IMG/VR virus record: IMGVR_UViG_2660238583_000003
Location: 1,233 to 65,232 of that record
DNA length: 64,000 nt
DNA from: a virus
Taxonomy: Duplodnaviria > Caudoviricetes
Reading direction: 5' to 3' (one strand)
Below, piece by piece: positions 1-10,335 of the stretch. Each line of letters starts with the position of its first letter. The first letter of the stretch is position 1. A program made the translations under genes and the position numbers. A model generated the notes under the pieces. It saw only the letters and a list, made by a program, of their open reading frames with translations. It made no database searches and was not told the DNA's origin.

Positions 1-940
1 TCAGACCTTGCTCACCGCGGATGTCGGTGTGTGCAACGTCGGTGGCCATGTTGCGGGCGATCTGTGGAAGGTACTTTTCGAACTGCTCACGACTGGCAAG
101 CACGTTCATCCCCTTCACGTAGATTGGCCCTAGCGCTTGGCTGGCCATGTACATGACCTCAGGAGACTGAGCGACCTGCGGCCGGCTACGCAGGCCTGGC
201 TTGATCGCCTGGGCGTATTCAGCAACTGTTGGCTCAAACCCGAGGTCCTCGCCAGGCTTGGGCAGCCGGATGGGTTTCCACTCACTGTTACCTATGCCGG
301 AAGCCCGGAGTGCTTCAAGCTGCGCATACGCGCGGATGATATCCAGAGTGGTTGGTACCACTTCAGCTTGGAGACGATCGTAGAGCGCATCGCCGTTCCG
401 GCGCGTGTAACCTTTGAACACGGTCTCCGCAAATGCTGGGAAATTCCCGTCGATCTTCTCTACGTAGGTCCCCTGCGCACTCATCAGAATCCCGAGGTTT
501 GCAATGAATGCCTTGCCCTCGCCGTGCTCCCGGTAATCCTGATAGGGTAGCCCCGGGATTTGAAGGGAATCGTAGAGCAGCCCCTTCTTTGTGACATAGG
601 CGTAGAGACTGGACACCCGCAGGGTGTGAGGGAATTTCTCAGCGATGAGATCCGGCGCCTCACCCTGAACCCACCACGTTGCAGGTGCGGCGACCAATGT
701 CATCACCCCCACACTGTGCCATAGGTACTTCTCCCCTCCCCAACGGCGATGAGCCCAGATGCACACTCGCCAGCCAGTCAAGCAGACGGTTACTGACGCC
801 AGGATCTGGCTGTATATTTCGAGATCCTGCAGTTTCTTCAGCGGTATGTCCGCGCCGGCGACGTTTAGGAGCTCAGCGTTGAAGAGGAGGCCTGCTAGCA
901 AACAGACAGCGTTGAGGCACGCGAGCAAAACTAGGAGCAT
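1..940 (-). CDS. Hypothetical membrane protein, 3'-truncated by the window edge (absent from the ORF track)
   Basis: Manual translation gives an open frame from ATG 940 (MLLVLLACLNAVCLLAGLLFNAELL...) to the left edge with no stop. The N-terminal part has hydrophobic segments. Confidence 0.65.
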   Translation of the reverse strand, partial: MLLVLLACLNAVCLLAGLLFNAELLNVAGADIPLKKLQDLEIYSQILASVTVCLTGWRVCIWAHRRWGGEKYLWHSVGVMTLVAAPATWWVQGEAPDLIAEKFPHTLRVSSLYAYVTKKGLLYDSLQIPGLPYQDYREHGEGKAFIANLGILMSAQGTYVEKIDGNFPAFAETVFKGYTRRNGDALYDRLQAEVVPTTLDIIRAYAQLEALRASGIGNSEWKPIRLPKPGEDLGFEPTVAEYAQAIKPGLRSRPQVAQSPEVMYMASQALGPIYVKGMNVLASREQFEKYLPQIARNMATDVAHTDIRGEQGL

Positions 941-1616
941 CCAACGGTTCCTTGTCAGTGTTGGTGTGTAGAAGCGGCACCTGCAGTTCCGAAAGCCAGA
1001 AGCTACGCATTATCCAAAAGCAGTGTGCCGAATCAGGTGAGAACCAAGCTTTATCCCTGAACCTAACTGCCGAGCTTCGGGTTTCAAGAGGTTTCTACCC
1101 CTGATATGGAAGCTCTCAGGCAGTCCGCGGCAATATCATAATGATTTCACGCCAGGGATGTGTCTGAATTGCGGCCCCTGAGCGTGACCGTCATCGCTAG
1201 CCCACACGCTGCTCTGACAAGTACGCTGCGTGCTTGCGAATAGCTTCATCAGACAGCGTGCCGTTCGGACTGCCCTTCAGTTCAGGTTGAAATCATGTGT
1301 CGCCTTAAGCCGGAAAAGTGGGGTCTGCAGGTCTTTCTTCAACCGTGTTTGCGTGCGCCGGCGGCAGGTCAATAGCCGCTTTGGCAGAGGCCATTGTAAC
1401 CGCATGCCCAGGCCACGACCGCCATGCGTGGATCGAGTGTATGCGCAGCGGACCAACCCAAGCCATCCCCGTAGCTAGATTGTCCTTGATCGAGACTCGA
1501 AGACGTTTTATCAGGCAGTAAATTGTAGTGACAAAATGCCACGATGGCTCTTTACTACATCGCCCGCCAGCCGATAGATGGGGGGTCAGGAATAGCTGTC
1601 TTTAAAGGAGTTCAGA

Positions 1617-2702
1617 ATGCTTACAAAGGGCGCAATCGCGCTGGTACTGGGTTTGGCCGCAGGAGGCGTTTCAGCAGCAAGTTTCGACTGCTCAAAAGCG
1701 TCGGGCTTCGCAGAGACTGAGATATGCCGAGATGGCTACCTATCCGGAGTGGATGGAGTTCTCGATCGTACATACAAGAAGGCCGTCGCAGCGTCCTCCA
1801 ACCCAGAGGGGCTTCGTCAATCGCAAAGGCAGTGGCTTCAGATCCGAAATCAATGCCAAGACCAGAAGTGCCTGGATAAGGCCCTTGGAAGTCGGATTCA
1901 GGAACTGGAGCGTATCGCGAGTGACGAACGCGTATTGGCAATGCATGCCCGAGAAGAACGGGAAGCCGCACAACGTCGCGCCGCGGACGCCGAACGCGAA
2001 AGGCAAGCAGCGGCCCTGGCGAATCAGCAGCGCCAGTCAGCGCAGATGGCACAACGCACTCCACCTCAAGCATCCACACTGCCGGCAGTCCGCCCGGGTG
2101 GCACTAAAGCTCAACAGGAATCGAATCCCGTAGCTACGTGGTTCATCAACGGTCCTGGTTGGAAATACACCCTAGTGCTGGGCCTACTGCTCTCCATCTG
2201 GGCCGTTGTACGCCACCATCGAGGGTCGGCAACCATTTACAGCGATTACACCGACGCCTTGATCACCAACGCACTTCCTGCACTCGGGATCGTCACGGCC
2301 GCGGTGTGTAAATGGCTCGAAATGCCTGGCGTCGTATCCGTTTTCTCGGTAATAGCAGGCTTCGTCCTCGCGATTACCTATGCGATCTATGCCACGGTAA
2401 AAAACAACAGAGGGGGGCTGAGCATCTTCCTTACGTTGATGGCAAAGCTAACCCTCATCACAGTCTTCTATGTCGTCATCGGGATGCTGATTGCCTCGCT
2501 GTTCAACGGCGGTGCTCGTCGCAAGGGTGAATCCCAAGCAAGGTTCGAATCGCGGATGCGTCGTCAGGGAAAGGCAACTATGGCGCTGATTACGGCACTC
2601 TCCGCGGCGTACACAGCACTTACTGCATGGGTTTGTCGTAACCCAAAGTTCACCCCCGTGGGTGAGTGCCTCGAGTTCAATCGGGTGCCTGCACTATCGT
2701 AA
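1617..2702 (+). CDS. LprI (DUF1311)-like lysozyme-inhibitor domain fused to a multi-TM C-terminal region
   Basis: Signal peptide, ASFDC..A..E..IC and LRQSQRQWL..RN.C....CL motifs, charged coiled linker, several hydrophobic helices; AAGGAG RBS. Confidence 0.75.
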   Translation: MLTKGAIALVLGLAAGGVSAASFDCSKASGFAETEICRDGYLSGVDGVLDRTYKKAVAASSNPEGLRQSQRQWLQIRNQCQDQKCLDKALGSRIQELERIASDERVLAMHAREEREAAQRRAADAERERQAAALANQQRQSAQMAQRTPPQASTLPAVRPGGTKAQQESNPVATWFINGPGWKYTLVLGLLLSIWAVVRHHRGSATIYSDYTDALITNALPALGIVTAAVCKWLEMPGVVSVFSVIAGFVLAITYAIYATVKNNRGGLSIFLTLMAKLTLITVFYVVIGMLIASLFNGGARRKGESQARFESRMRRQGKATMALITALSAAYTALTAWVCRNPKFTPVGECLEFNRVPALS

Positions 2703-2909
2703 GCCCCCTCCGCCGTGCGCCGCCCAGCGCACGCGCGCCATATCCATTAGGGTCAGCCATGCATCAAGGCGGGTGGGAGATCGCTAGACCCATTCACCTT
2801 GATATGGCAGCATCTACTCCGACCGGCCTGAAGTAGTTTGCAACAACTCTCCAGCGCAGGTGCAGCAGTTTCCCTGCATATTGCCAATTTCAAAAGAGTG
2901 ATCACTTTG

Positions 2910-3458
2910 ATGCCCTGGGTAAAACGTTCGCTTGGAATCCTCAGCTTTGTGCTGGTTACGGCATTCGGTTTGTGCCTCCACTTCTACTTGCCACGCCATG
3001 AGGTCGTTCATGTCACTGGCGTCGAGGTGAAGCGCATGGATGCAGATGGCGTGATCAGCGCTGAGAACCCGGCTGATGGTCCAACCCGAGATGTCTATTT
3101 CATCAACACTGTTTCAACCGACGCAAATCGTGAGGTAGCGGTCTATCGAAATGAGGATACCGGTTGGGGATTCCCGTGGTACTTCAAATTCGATAGCGCC
3201 GACCTGCAGGCTAAGGCCCAGGACTACTCGCGTGACGCGAACCAGCTCGCGGTCATCCGGTATTACGGCTGGCGCTTCCAGATCTTCTCGATGTTCCCAA
3301 ACATCACCGACATCAAGGCCACAACCAGCAAAACTGAGCCTTTCCCAGTTTTCGTGGCCCTATTCTTCGGCGGGCTGCTCATTCTAGTGCTTGCGATCGC
3401 CCTCCTCGTCCGCCGAAAGCTTCGCGCCCGGCAAAGGCCAATGGTCCCGAACCAGTAA
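2910..3458 (+). CDS. DUF1523 family membrane protein
   Basis: HFYLP..EVV.VTGVEVKRMD, YRNEDTGWGFPWYFKFDSADLQA and YYGWR..FSMFPN motifs; terminal TM helices. Start inferred at ATG 2910. Confidence 0.8.
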   Translation: MPWVKRSLGILSFVLVTAFGLCLHFYLPRHEVVHVTGVEVKRMDADGVISAENPADGPTRDVYFINTVSTDANREVAVYRNEDTGWGFPWYFKFDSADLQAKAQDYSRDANQLAVIRYYGWRFQIFSMFPNITDIKATTSKTEPFPVFVALFFGGLLILVLAIALLVRRKLRARQRPMVPNQ

Positions 3459-3563
3459 GCTTTACCTTCGCCGTTATTCCCCCGGACGTTAAGCTGTGTT
3501 GGGCACCGCCAGGACGCTGTCCTGGCTTCTCAACCGCCGGACCTGACTTCTCAAGGACGCAGT

Positions 3564-4832
3564 ATGCAAATCACACAGGGCCAGCGCCTGCCGCTGTCCA
3601 GCATAGGAATTTCTGATCGCCTCACGATGGCGGTTTCCATTCAGTCGAGCCACGAGATCGACGTAGCCTGTTTCGGTCTTGATCAGCAGTCGAAGCTGTC
3701 GGATGACCGCTTTATGGTATTTTTCAATCAAACCTCCTCACCTGCTGATGCCATCCGGCTGATTGGGCCAGGCCAGTTCGAGATCAACCTGGGCGCATTG
3801 CCGGCAACGATTGATCGATTGGTGTTCACCGCGGCGATTGACGGCGCGGGTGCCATGAAAGACATCTCATCAAGTCGCTTTGTCGTCAGTGGACCTAGCG
3901 CGCCAAACGCCGCGACCTGTGAATTTTCCGGCAGCACTTTCTCCGTGGAGAAGGCGATTATGGTTGCGGACATTTATCGCAAGGGTGGCGAGTGGCGCAT
4001 GCTCGCAAACCTGCAGGGCTTCAAAGAAGGCTTGGGCGCTCTTGTGCGCCATTTCGGCGGCGAGGTGAGTGATGAACCCGCGACCGCGCCTCCAGCACCC
4101 GCTACGCCGCCTCTTGTCCAGGCGACGTTCTCTCTCGAGAAAAAGGTCGCAGCCCAAGCGCCAGCATTACTCAGCCTGGCAAAAAAAGCTCAGATCAGCC
4201 TGGAGAAAAACAACCTCACCAAGGTGAGAGCGAAGCTAGCCTTCGTGCTCGATGTGAGTGGTTCTATGAATGGCCAGTACAGCCGAGGCAGAGTGCAAGA
4301 GGCCATGAACCGGCTGATGCCACTCGCGGTAGCCTTCGATGATGACGGCGAGCTGGATGTTTTTGGGTTTGGGGCCAAACCAGTTCACCTCTCGCCAGCC
4401 ACTCTCTCCAACTACAGCGACTACATCGACACTGAGCAAGGTGGTTGGCGGAAGTGGGATGTGGGCCAGCGCGTAAATGACGAACCACGGGCGATGCGCC
4501 TCCTGATGGACTACTACAATCAAAGCGGCGACAAAACCCCGGTCTACATCATCTTCATCAGCGATGGCGGTGTTCATGAGAATCGCGCAATCACAAAACT
4601 GATGATCGAAGCGTCCTCCAAGAATTTCTTCTGGCAATTCGTCGGCCTGGGCGGAAACGGCTACGGCATCCTGGAGCGACTTGATGATATGCCAGGTCGC
4701 GTTGTCGACAACTGCAGCTTCTTCGCTATGGATGACCTTCACGACCTCACCGAAGATGCACTGTACGACAAGCTTATGAAAGAGTTCCCGGGCTGGCTCA
4801 AAGAGGCGAAAGCGAAGGGAATCATCAGTTAA
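3564..4832 (+). CDS. TerD-domain plus vWA (TerF-like) protein
   Basis: N-terminal TerD motifs (DVACFGLD, FFNQ, IYRKGGEWR), Pro/Ala linker, vWA MIDAS DVSGSM, FISDGG, FWQFVG. Confidence 0.85.
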   Translation: MQITQGQRLPLSSIGISDRLTMAVSIQSSHEIDVACFGLDQQSKLSDDRFMVFFNQTSSPADAIRLIGPGQFEINLGALPATIDRLVFTAAIDGAGAMKDISSSRFVVSGPSAPNAATCEFSGSTFSVEKAIMVADIYRKGGEWRMLANLQGFKEGLGALVRHFGGEVSDEPATAPPAPATPPLVQATFSLEKKVAAQAPALLSLAKKAQISLEKNNLTKVRAKLAFVLDVSGSMNGQYSRGRVQEAMNRLMPLAVAFDDDGELDVFGFGAKPVHLSPATLSNYSDYIDTEQGGWRKWDVGQRVNDEPRAMRLLMDYYNQSGDKTPVYIIFISDGGVHENRAITKLMIEASSKNFFWQFVGLGGNGYGILERLDDMPGRVVDNCSFFAMDDLHDLTEDALYDKLMKEFPGWLKEAKAKGIIS

Positions 4833-4906
4833 TACCCTGATTTTCAGCGAGAACCGTACGAATTCCAGATGTTCCGAATCCTCGCACCAATTCAGCGCAT
4901 GAAATT

Positions 4907-4946
4907 AAAAAAGCCACCTGATCCGGAAGGGCCAAGGTGGCTTTTT
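4907..4946. terminator. Probable bidirectional intrinsic terminator
   Basis: AAAAAAGCCACCT...AGGTGGCTTTTT inverted repeat between convergent genes. Confidence 0.7.
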
Positions 4947-5066
4947 CGTATTGGGTTTGGATGTGCCCGCTGGGCACTGCCTCAGCCCGGCGGATGGATC
5001 AACGTACCTGCTTCAGCGTTCTGATTTCCCTAAAGCGCGTACACCACCACGTAGCCGCGGCTCCCT

Positions 5067-6251
5067 TCACCCCAGATAGGCAAGGTCAAACGGTTGGATC
5101 TCCCAGAACCGCGCAGCACGGTCCAAGTCGACCCGAGCACCCCAGCTATTCAGTGCACCCACAGGATCTATGTGCTCAATGCGAGCAAAGTCCAAAAGCT
5201 CCCAGTCCTCCCGCCGCACGACCACAGACAAGATATAGGGCTCCTCAAGGCGCCCGGTCGCTGGGTCATTTCGTTGAACATACCCTGACACCAGGCAGCG
5301 ATTGATTGCCGGCAGCAGAGCGAATACCTCGCCAACGACCCTGAACAAAGAGCCGTAACACAATCCCACAAAGTCCCGTCGCACCTGGGCATCACTTCGT
5401 GTCTTGAAGGTGAGTTTTCCATTGCCTTTTGCCTCGGCAGTACGCCGCGGGGTATCACCTTCGTCAGGTAGATCCACATCCAAGGCTATCCCGGCTGCAT
5501 CGTAGGTGAACTGATAGGCAACATTCGTTTCCTTGGGCCAGGCTATGCCGCTCAGCACGTAATCGAGCGCTTTCTCCATGTGAGCACTGAATCCCTTCGC
5601 AGCCAGGCGGAAGGTCTTCTCAGCTTCCGAGCGCTCATTGTCATGCGCGTCACGGGCTGCCTCCCATTCCGATAGATCCTGCTGGTAGATCTGCTCGTTG
5701 GTGAGGCGGTCAGCCTCTAGCTTGCCAGACCTGAACAACCTATCAACGAAGCTAGGCTCAACTGACGTCGGCGCCGTCGGAATCGGTATCGAAAAAGGAG
5801 GCGGTAATGCCGGCATGGTACCCGGTCGAGGGGTGCCTACGTGGACGTTCAAGCAATCATTGAGCTCCTGGTTCAAACTCTCTGCAGCTTTTGTGAGCAG
5901 CGCTTCAATCTCTGCAGCCTGTTCGCTCTTAACGCGCCTCACGACTCTTGCAGGAACCGGACTTCCTGCCTCATCGACAATCAATAGCGTACCGTCATCC
6001 TGCACGCTGATCTTGATCGGCCCTGAATAGCCCGCTGAACCGGAGGAGCTGGATGGTGACTGACGTGCACCATCCAAGCGCTGGCGGTAGGACAACCCGG
6101 TCCCGGGTAGGCCAGCGTTCAGAAACGTGCCATTACGTCCCATTGTCATGCTTAGGCCCCTCGGGCCAACTGAAGCGGACAATCCGCTGGGGGAGATATT
6201 AAGCCTTACGCCCGGCACAATCGTGATCCGCTTACTGAACCTCCACCCCAT
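5067..6251 (-). CDS. DUF4236 domain-containing protein
   Basis: N-terminal MGWRFSKRITIVPGVRLNISPSGLSASVGPRG...GLPGTGLSYR signature. Confidence 0.8.
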   Translation of the reverse strand: MGWRFSKRITIVPGVRLNISPSGLSASVGPRGLSMTMGRNGTFLNAGLPGTGLSYRQRLDGARQSPSSSSGSAGYSGPIKISVQDDGTLLIVDEAGSPVPARVVRRVKSEQAAEIEALLTKAAESLNQELNDCLNVHVGTPRPGTMPALPPPFSIPIPTAPTSVEPSFVDRLFRSGKLEADRLTNEQIYQQDLSEWEAARDAHDNERSEAEKTFRLAAKGFSAHMEKALDYVLSGIAWPKETNVAYQFTYDAAGIALDVDLPDEGDTPRRTAEAKGNGKLTFKTRSDAQVRRDFVGLCYGSLFRVVGEVFALLPAINRCLVSGYVQRNDPATGRLEEPYILSVVVRREDWELLDFARIEHIDPVGALNSWGARVDLDRAARFWEIQPFDLAYLG

Positions 6252-6365
6252 AGCCTTTTCCTTGACTCATGATTGTAGAACTGGGCGCTTACTGTCATAG
6301 CAGTGTCTCGCACGCATGACGGCAGATACGAAGGTCTGAACATGCGCCCGGTTGAGAACTAGCGT

Positions 6366-7421
6366 TTAAGCGCCTGGGAGCTCGATGAACTTCTCACCAC
6401 TCCACTGGAAGCGCTGAGGGTATGGCTGCGTCGGGCAGCAACGTGGATCATCATCTCCCTGAACAAGGGCGTCGATGAAGATGGTGCGACTGCCGACATC
6501 GCGCGCCTCACGAACGGCTCCACTAATTGCAGCATCGCCACCTTGAGCCTGCCAACCCTCTGGCGCGTGGTAGAACGCTGCGAGGGAGTGATAGGCCGAC
6601 TGTGAGCCGCCTGAGCCTTCGATGGTATAGAGCACTGCGGCATCCAATTCACCGTCACCATTCAGGTCCACCTGAATGATTTGCCGACCTTCTGGGTACT
6701 CTACACCGCCGTCTGTATCGAGCCCCGCGATGTACGCATTGATTGCCACAGTCAAGTCAGGGAACGACTGTGCTGCAACAGTAGATTGAGCCATCACGAC
6801 TGCAGGTGGGGTGGCAACTGGGTTATTCAATTGCGGCTCGACCGGATCTGCTGCAATGGTATTAGCCCCGGCATTCGGCTCCGGCTCGACAGAGCTCGGG
6901 CTACCTCTGCCGTTCACAGCGTCGGCAATCATTTGGTAACTCCGAAGTGCCTGATCGTCTGGCTTCAGACCTGCCTTCTTCGCACGAACAGAAAACTCCT
7001 TTTGGATCTCGCCCAAAGCCCGTCCCATGTCCTCAGGGTTGAAGGTCATCACAAATCCTTTAGGAGACATCGGTTGCGAGTCACCGAAGAAGATGCGCGC
7101 AAAAATGTTCGGTCGCATGTCCTCAAGGGCGTCGATGCCGGCATCAACAAACTCGTCCGCGACATCCTTGTACAGCGACCATCCTTCATCGCCGAAAAGC
7201 TTGGTGATGTTCTCTTTGGCCACGTCATTTTTGAAGTCGGTTAGCTCCAGGGCTTTCTGGTTAAAGTCGATCGTTTGGCTCCTGCAGCTATACGTGTCAT
7301 TACCGAAGCAGTTCTGCCTTAACTCGTTGAGTGCCAGGGAAAGACGTACGTCATTTGCTGCCTGGCCGCAGCCGGCCAGCATGGTGACCACAGCACTGGA
7401 AACCAAGATTCTCTTAATCAC
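6366..7421 (-). CDS. Hypothetical lipoprotein
   Basis: Lipobox LAGC; C-terminal DLNGDGELD Ca-binding-like loop and DDPRCCPT motif; GTG start. Confidence 0.75.
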   Translation of the reverse strand: MIKRILVSSAVVTMLAGCGQAANDVRLSLALNELRQNCFGNDTYSCRSQTIDFNQKALELTDFKNDVAKENITKLFGDEGWSLYKDVADEFVDAGIDALEDMRPNIFARIFFGDSQPMSPKGFVMTFNPEDMGRALGEIQKEFSVRAKKAGLKPDDQALRSYQMIADAVNGRGSPSSVEPEPNAGANTIAADPVEPQLNNPVATPPAVVMAQSTVAAQSFPDLTVAINAYIAGLDTDGGVEYPEGRQIIQVDLNGDGELDAAVLYTIEGSGGSQSAYHSLAAFYHAPEGWQAQGGDAAISGAVREARDVGSRTIFIDALVQGDDDPRCCPTQPYPQRFQWSGEKFIELPGA

Positions 7422-7490
7422 TTGAAACTCCGCAATCCATGCGCATCACGTGTGCGCGCAAAGCTAGGTGGTCAGAACGAACCACCTGAC

Positions 7491-7525
7491 AAAAAAAAGC
7501 CCCTGCCGTGTTAGCAGGGGCTTTT
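7491..7525 (-). terminator. Intrinsic terminator after terE
   Basis: AAAAAAAAGCCCCTGC...GCAGGGGCTTTT hairpin with a T8 run on the minus strand. Confidence 0.85.
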
Positions 7526-7539
7526 CCTACAGGCTCGAA

Positions 7540-8118
7540 TTAGCCGATGGAAACGCCATGGGCTTCAGCCAGTGGCTTCAGGCCGCCAGCGAAACCTTGA
7601 CCGATCGCCTTGAACTTGAACTCGTCGTTGTGACGGTACAGCTCACCGAAGATCATCGCGGTTTCAGTCGAAGCGTCTTCGCTCAGGTCGTAGCGCGCCA
7701 GCTCTTTACCGTCTGCCTTGTTGACGACGCGGATGTAGGCGTTGCCCACCTGACCGAAGCTCTGCTTGCGGCCTTCGGCTTCGTGGATGGTGACTGCGAA
7801 AACCAGTTTTTTAACGTCTGCAGCCAGGCCGGTCAGCTTGACGTTGACCTGCTCGTCGTCGCCTTCACCCGCGCCGGAGCGGTTGTCGCCCAGGTGCTCA
7901 ACAGAACCGTCTTGCGAGGTTTTGTTGTTGTAGAAGATGAAGCTGTTGTCGTTCAGTACTTTGCCATTTTCACCGGTGATGAAGATGGATGCATCGAGGT
8001 CAAACTCGGTACCGTCGGTTACACGAGGGTCCCAGCCCAGGCCAACGACCACTTCGGACAGGCCAGGAGCTTCTTTAGAAAGCGATACGTTGGAGCCTTT
8101 GGTCAGCGAGACAGCCAT
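7540..8118 (-). CDS. terE: Tellurium resistance protein TerE (TerD family)
   Basis: [44 protein letters not shown]; last gene of the ter operon. Confidence 0.85.
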   Translation of the reverse strand: MAVSLTKGSNVSLSKEAPGLSEVVVGLGWDPRVTDGTEFDLDASIFITGENGKVLNDNSFIFYNNKTSQDGSVEHLGDNRSGAGEGDDEQVNVKLTGLAADVKKLVFAVTIHEAEGRKQSFGQVGNAYIRVVNKADGKELARYDLSEDASTETAMIFGELYRHNDEFKFKAIGQGFAGGLKPLAEAHGVSIG

Positions 8119-8186
8119 TGGATAATCCCTTGAAAATAGATGGAGTGGTCGTTAGCACCGTGTGGTGCTAACGACGGATAGCGACC

Positions 8187-8762
8187 TTAGAAATTCAGGC
8201 CGTACGAGTTGGCAAGAGCCTTCAGGCCGCCGGCATAGCCTTGGCCAACGGCGCGGAATTTCCACTCGCCGTTGTTACGGTACAGCTCAGCGAAGATCAT
8301 CGCGGTTTCAGTCGAAGCATCTTCGTCCAGGTCGTAACGAACGACCTCAGCACCAGTCACATCGTTGGCGATACGGATGAACGAACCGCCGACCTGACCG
8401 AAGTTCTGCTTGCGAACATCGGCGTCATGGATGGTAACGGTGAACGCGATCTTGTCGATGTCCGCTGGCACGCGGCTCAGGTCGACCTTCAGTACTTCGT
8501 CATCGCCGTCGCCAGCGCCAGTACGGTTGTCGCCGGTGTGCTCGATAGAACCGTCTTGGCTCTTCAGCTGGTTGTAGAAGATGAAGTCTGCTTCACCGCG
8601 AACCTTGCCATTGGCAGCCAGCAGGAATGCACTGGCGTCGAGGTCGAACTCGGTGCCATCGGTCGAACGCGGGTCCCAGCCCAGGCCGACGATGATCTTG
8701 GTCAGCGACGGGTCAGTTTTGGTCAGGGACAGGTTGCCGCCTTTCTGCAGGGTCAAAGCCAT
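8187..8762 (-). CDS. terD: Tellurium resistance protein TerD
   Basis: [43 protein letters not shown]; follows terC. Confidence 0.9.
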   Translation of the reverse strand: MALTLQKGGNLSLTKTDPSLTKIIVGLGWDPRSTDGTEFDLDASAFLLAANGKVRGEADFIFYNQLKSQDGSIEHTGDNRTGAGDGDDEVLKVDLSRVPADIDKIAFTVTIHDADVRKQNFGQVGGSFIRIANDVTGAEVVRYDLDEDASTETAMIFAELYRNNGEWKFRAVGQGYAGGLKALANSYGLNF

Positions 8763-8793
8763 TTCTTAAACTCCTTGTTAGGGTACGAGTGAT

Positions 8794-9828
8794 TCAGTTG
8801 GATTCTGCTTGAGTGTCTTCCTTTTCGGGGAAGATCACACTTGCAACGATGCCGATGACCAGCACCACCATCACGATGAGGAGGCTGGTGTTTGGATCGA
8901 TCTTGAAGCCGTGGTGGAACATATGGTCTGTGGCGTTGAGGCCCAGTTTTACCGCGATGAAGAACAGCAGCGCAATGACAGCTTTCTCCAGGTGCACCAG
9001 GTAGCGCTTCAGGGCCTCGAGTACGAAGTACATGGTACGCAAGCCCAGAATGGCGAACAGCATAGCGGAGTAAACGATGAGAGGCTCACGGCTCACCGCG
9101 ATCACAGCCGGCACGGAGTCGAAGGCAAACAGCACATCCGATACTTCAGCGACTACCAAGCACAGGAACAGCGGGGTAGCAAACAAACCACCTTTGGCCG
9201 CCAGGCTCATGCCTTTGTTCTCAGGTTTCGGCAACTCGCCCTCGAGAACCTTGCGGCTAACGAAGAACTGGTTGCCGTGCAGCTTTGGCCAGACCGGGAA
9301 CAGTTTCTTGGCGAATCGATAGGCGATGTGCTTGGAGTAGTCTTCCTCCTCCTCATCATCACCGCCGCTACGAAGCATCATGACGGCGGTCCAGGCCACG
9401 ATCAGTGCGAATACGATTTCTACCCAAGGACCGAACGCCAGAAGGCCGGTACCGATCGCAACGAAAATGCCGCGGAAAACGATAGCGCCGATGATGCCCC
9501 AGTAGAGCACGCGGTGGCGGAGGCCATCAGGAACTTTGAACCAGGCAAAGATGGCCATGAACACGAAAAGGTTATCGACGCTGAGAACCTTCTCAAGGGC
9601 GTAGCCGGTGACGAACAGGCTGGCGACTTCAGGCCCGTGCTGAACGTACAGGAATCCTGCAAACGCGAGGGAAATGGCAATCCAGAACACGGACCAGACA
9701 GACGCTTTTGCCAGCGAGACCGGCTTATCGCCGCGATGCGTAACCATGTCGAGCAGCAGAGCGCCTAAGGCGATGCCGACGAAAACCATCATGGTCAACG
9801 GGGGGAAACCGATATGGGTAACTTCCAC
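8794..9828 (-). CDS. terC: Tellurium resistance membrane protein TerC
   Basis: GYALEKVLSVDNLFVF, RVLYWGIIGAIVFR, DVLFAFDSVPA motifs; multiple TM helices. Confidence 0.95.
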   Translation of the reverse strand: MEVTHIGFPPLTMMVFVGIALGALLLDMVTHRGDKPVSLAKASVWSVFWIAISLAFAGFLYVQHGPEVASLFVTGYALEKVLSVDNLFVFMAIFAWFKVPDGLRHRVLYWGIIGAIVFRGIFVAIGTGLLAFGPWVEIVFALIVAWTAVMMLRSGGDDEEEEDYSKHIAYRFAKKLFPVWPKLHGNQFFVSRKVLEGELPKPENKGMSLAAKGGLFATPLFLCLVVAEVSDVLFAFDSVPAVIAVSREPLIVYSAMLFAILGLRTMYFVLEALKRYLVHLEKAVIALLFFIAVKLGLNATDHMFHHGFKIDPNTSLLIVMVVLVIGIVASVIFPEKEDTQAESN

Positions 9829-9838
9829 AGGTCAGTCC

Positions 9839-10288
9839 TTAAAGTTCGAAATCAGCTGGGGAGAGGCCCAGCTCCATGCAGATCAGACGGCATGCCGCCT
9901 TTTCCTTTTCATCAAAGTCACCATCGGATGCGCCGACGGAGCAGGTAACGCGTACGAGAAGGCGCGCAGCCCCTTCGTTGTCTTTGATTCTGCCGATGAC
10001 CTTCAACGCTTCTGCTTGACCGATCTGAGGGTCAAATTCGAACTTGCTCATCGCGTCGTTGAACACGGCGAGTACGTCGGTCAGGCTGAACACCTTCAAC
10101 TCTGGGGAGTTGTTGATGAAGCCGATCATCTTTTGCTTTTCTTCAGGACCCGCGCCATTGCTCGCCACAGCTACCATGGCGCAGCCGTTGGCGGTTGCTT
10201 CCATGAACTTGCGATTCTTGTGCTTGCCTACTTCGGCAGTCAGGGCCTCGCGTGCTTGCGCACCTTTTGCTTTCAACCAACTGAGCAT
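9839..10288 (-). CDS. terB: Tellurium resistance protein TerB
   Basis: EKQKMIGFI.NS.ELKVF and SDGDFDEKEK motifs; start inferred at MLSWLK. Confidence 0.9.
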   Translation of the reverse strand: MLSWLKAKGAQAREALTAEVGKHKNRKFMEATANGCAMVAVASNGAGPEEKQKMIGFINNSPELKVFSLTDVLAVFNDAMSKFEFDPQIGQAEALKVIGRIKDNEGAARLLVRVTCSVGASDGDFDEKEKAACRLICMELGLSPADFEL

Positions 10289-10335
10289 TGTTCGTACCTC
10301 AAAGTGGCGGGAACGAAGCCCCGCCCGAAAGTGGA

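Noticed and set aside
137-550. 137-aa plus-strand ORF
   Set aside because: It is antisense to a longer minus-strand frame (940 to the edge) that looks more protein-like.
1000-1600. Short ORFs or ncRNA in the divergent intergenic region
   Set aside because: No recognisable motif or convincing structure; probably promoter DNA.
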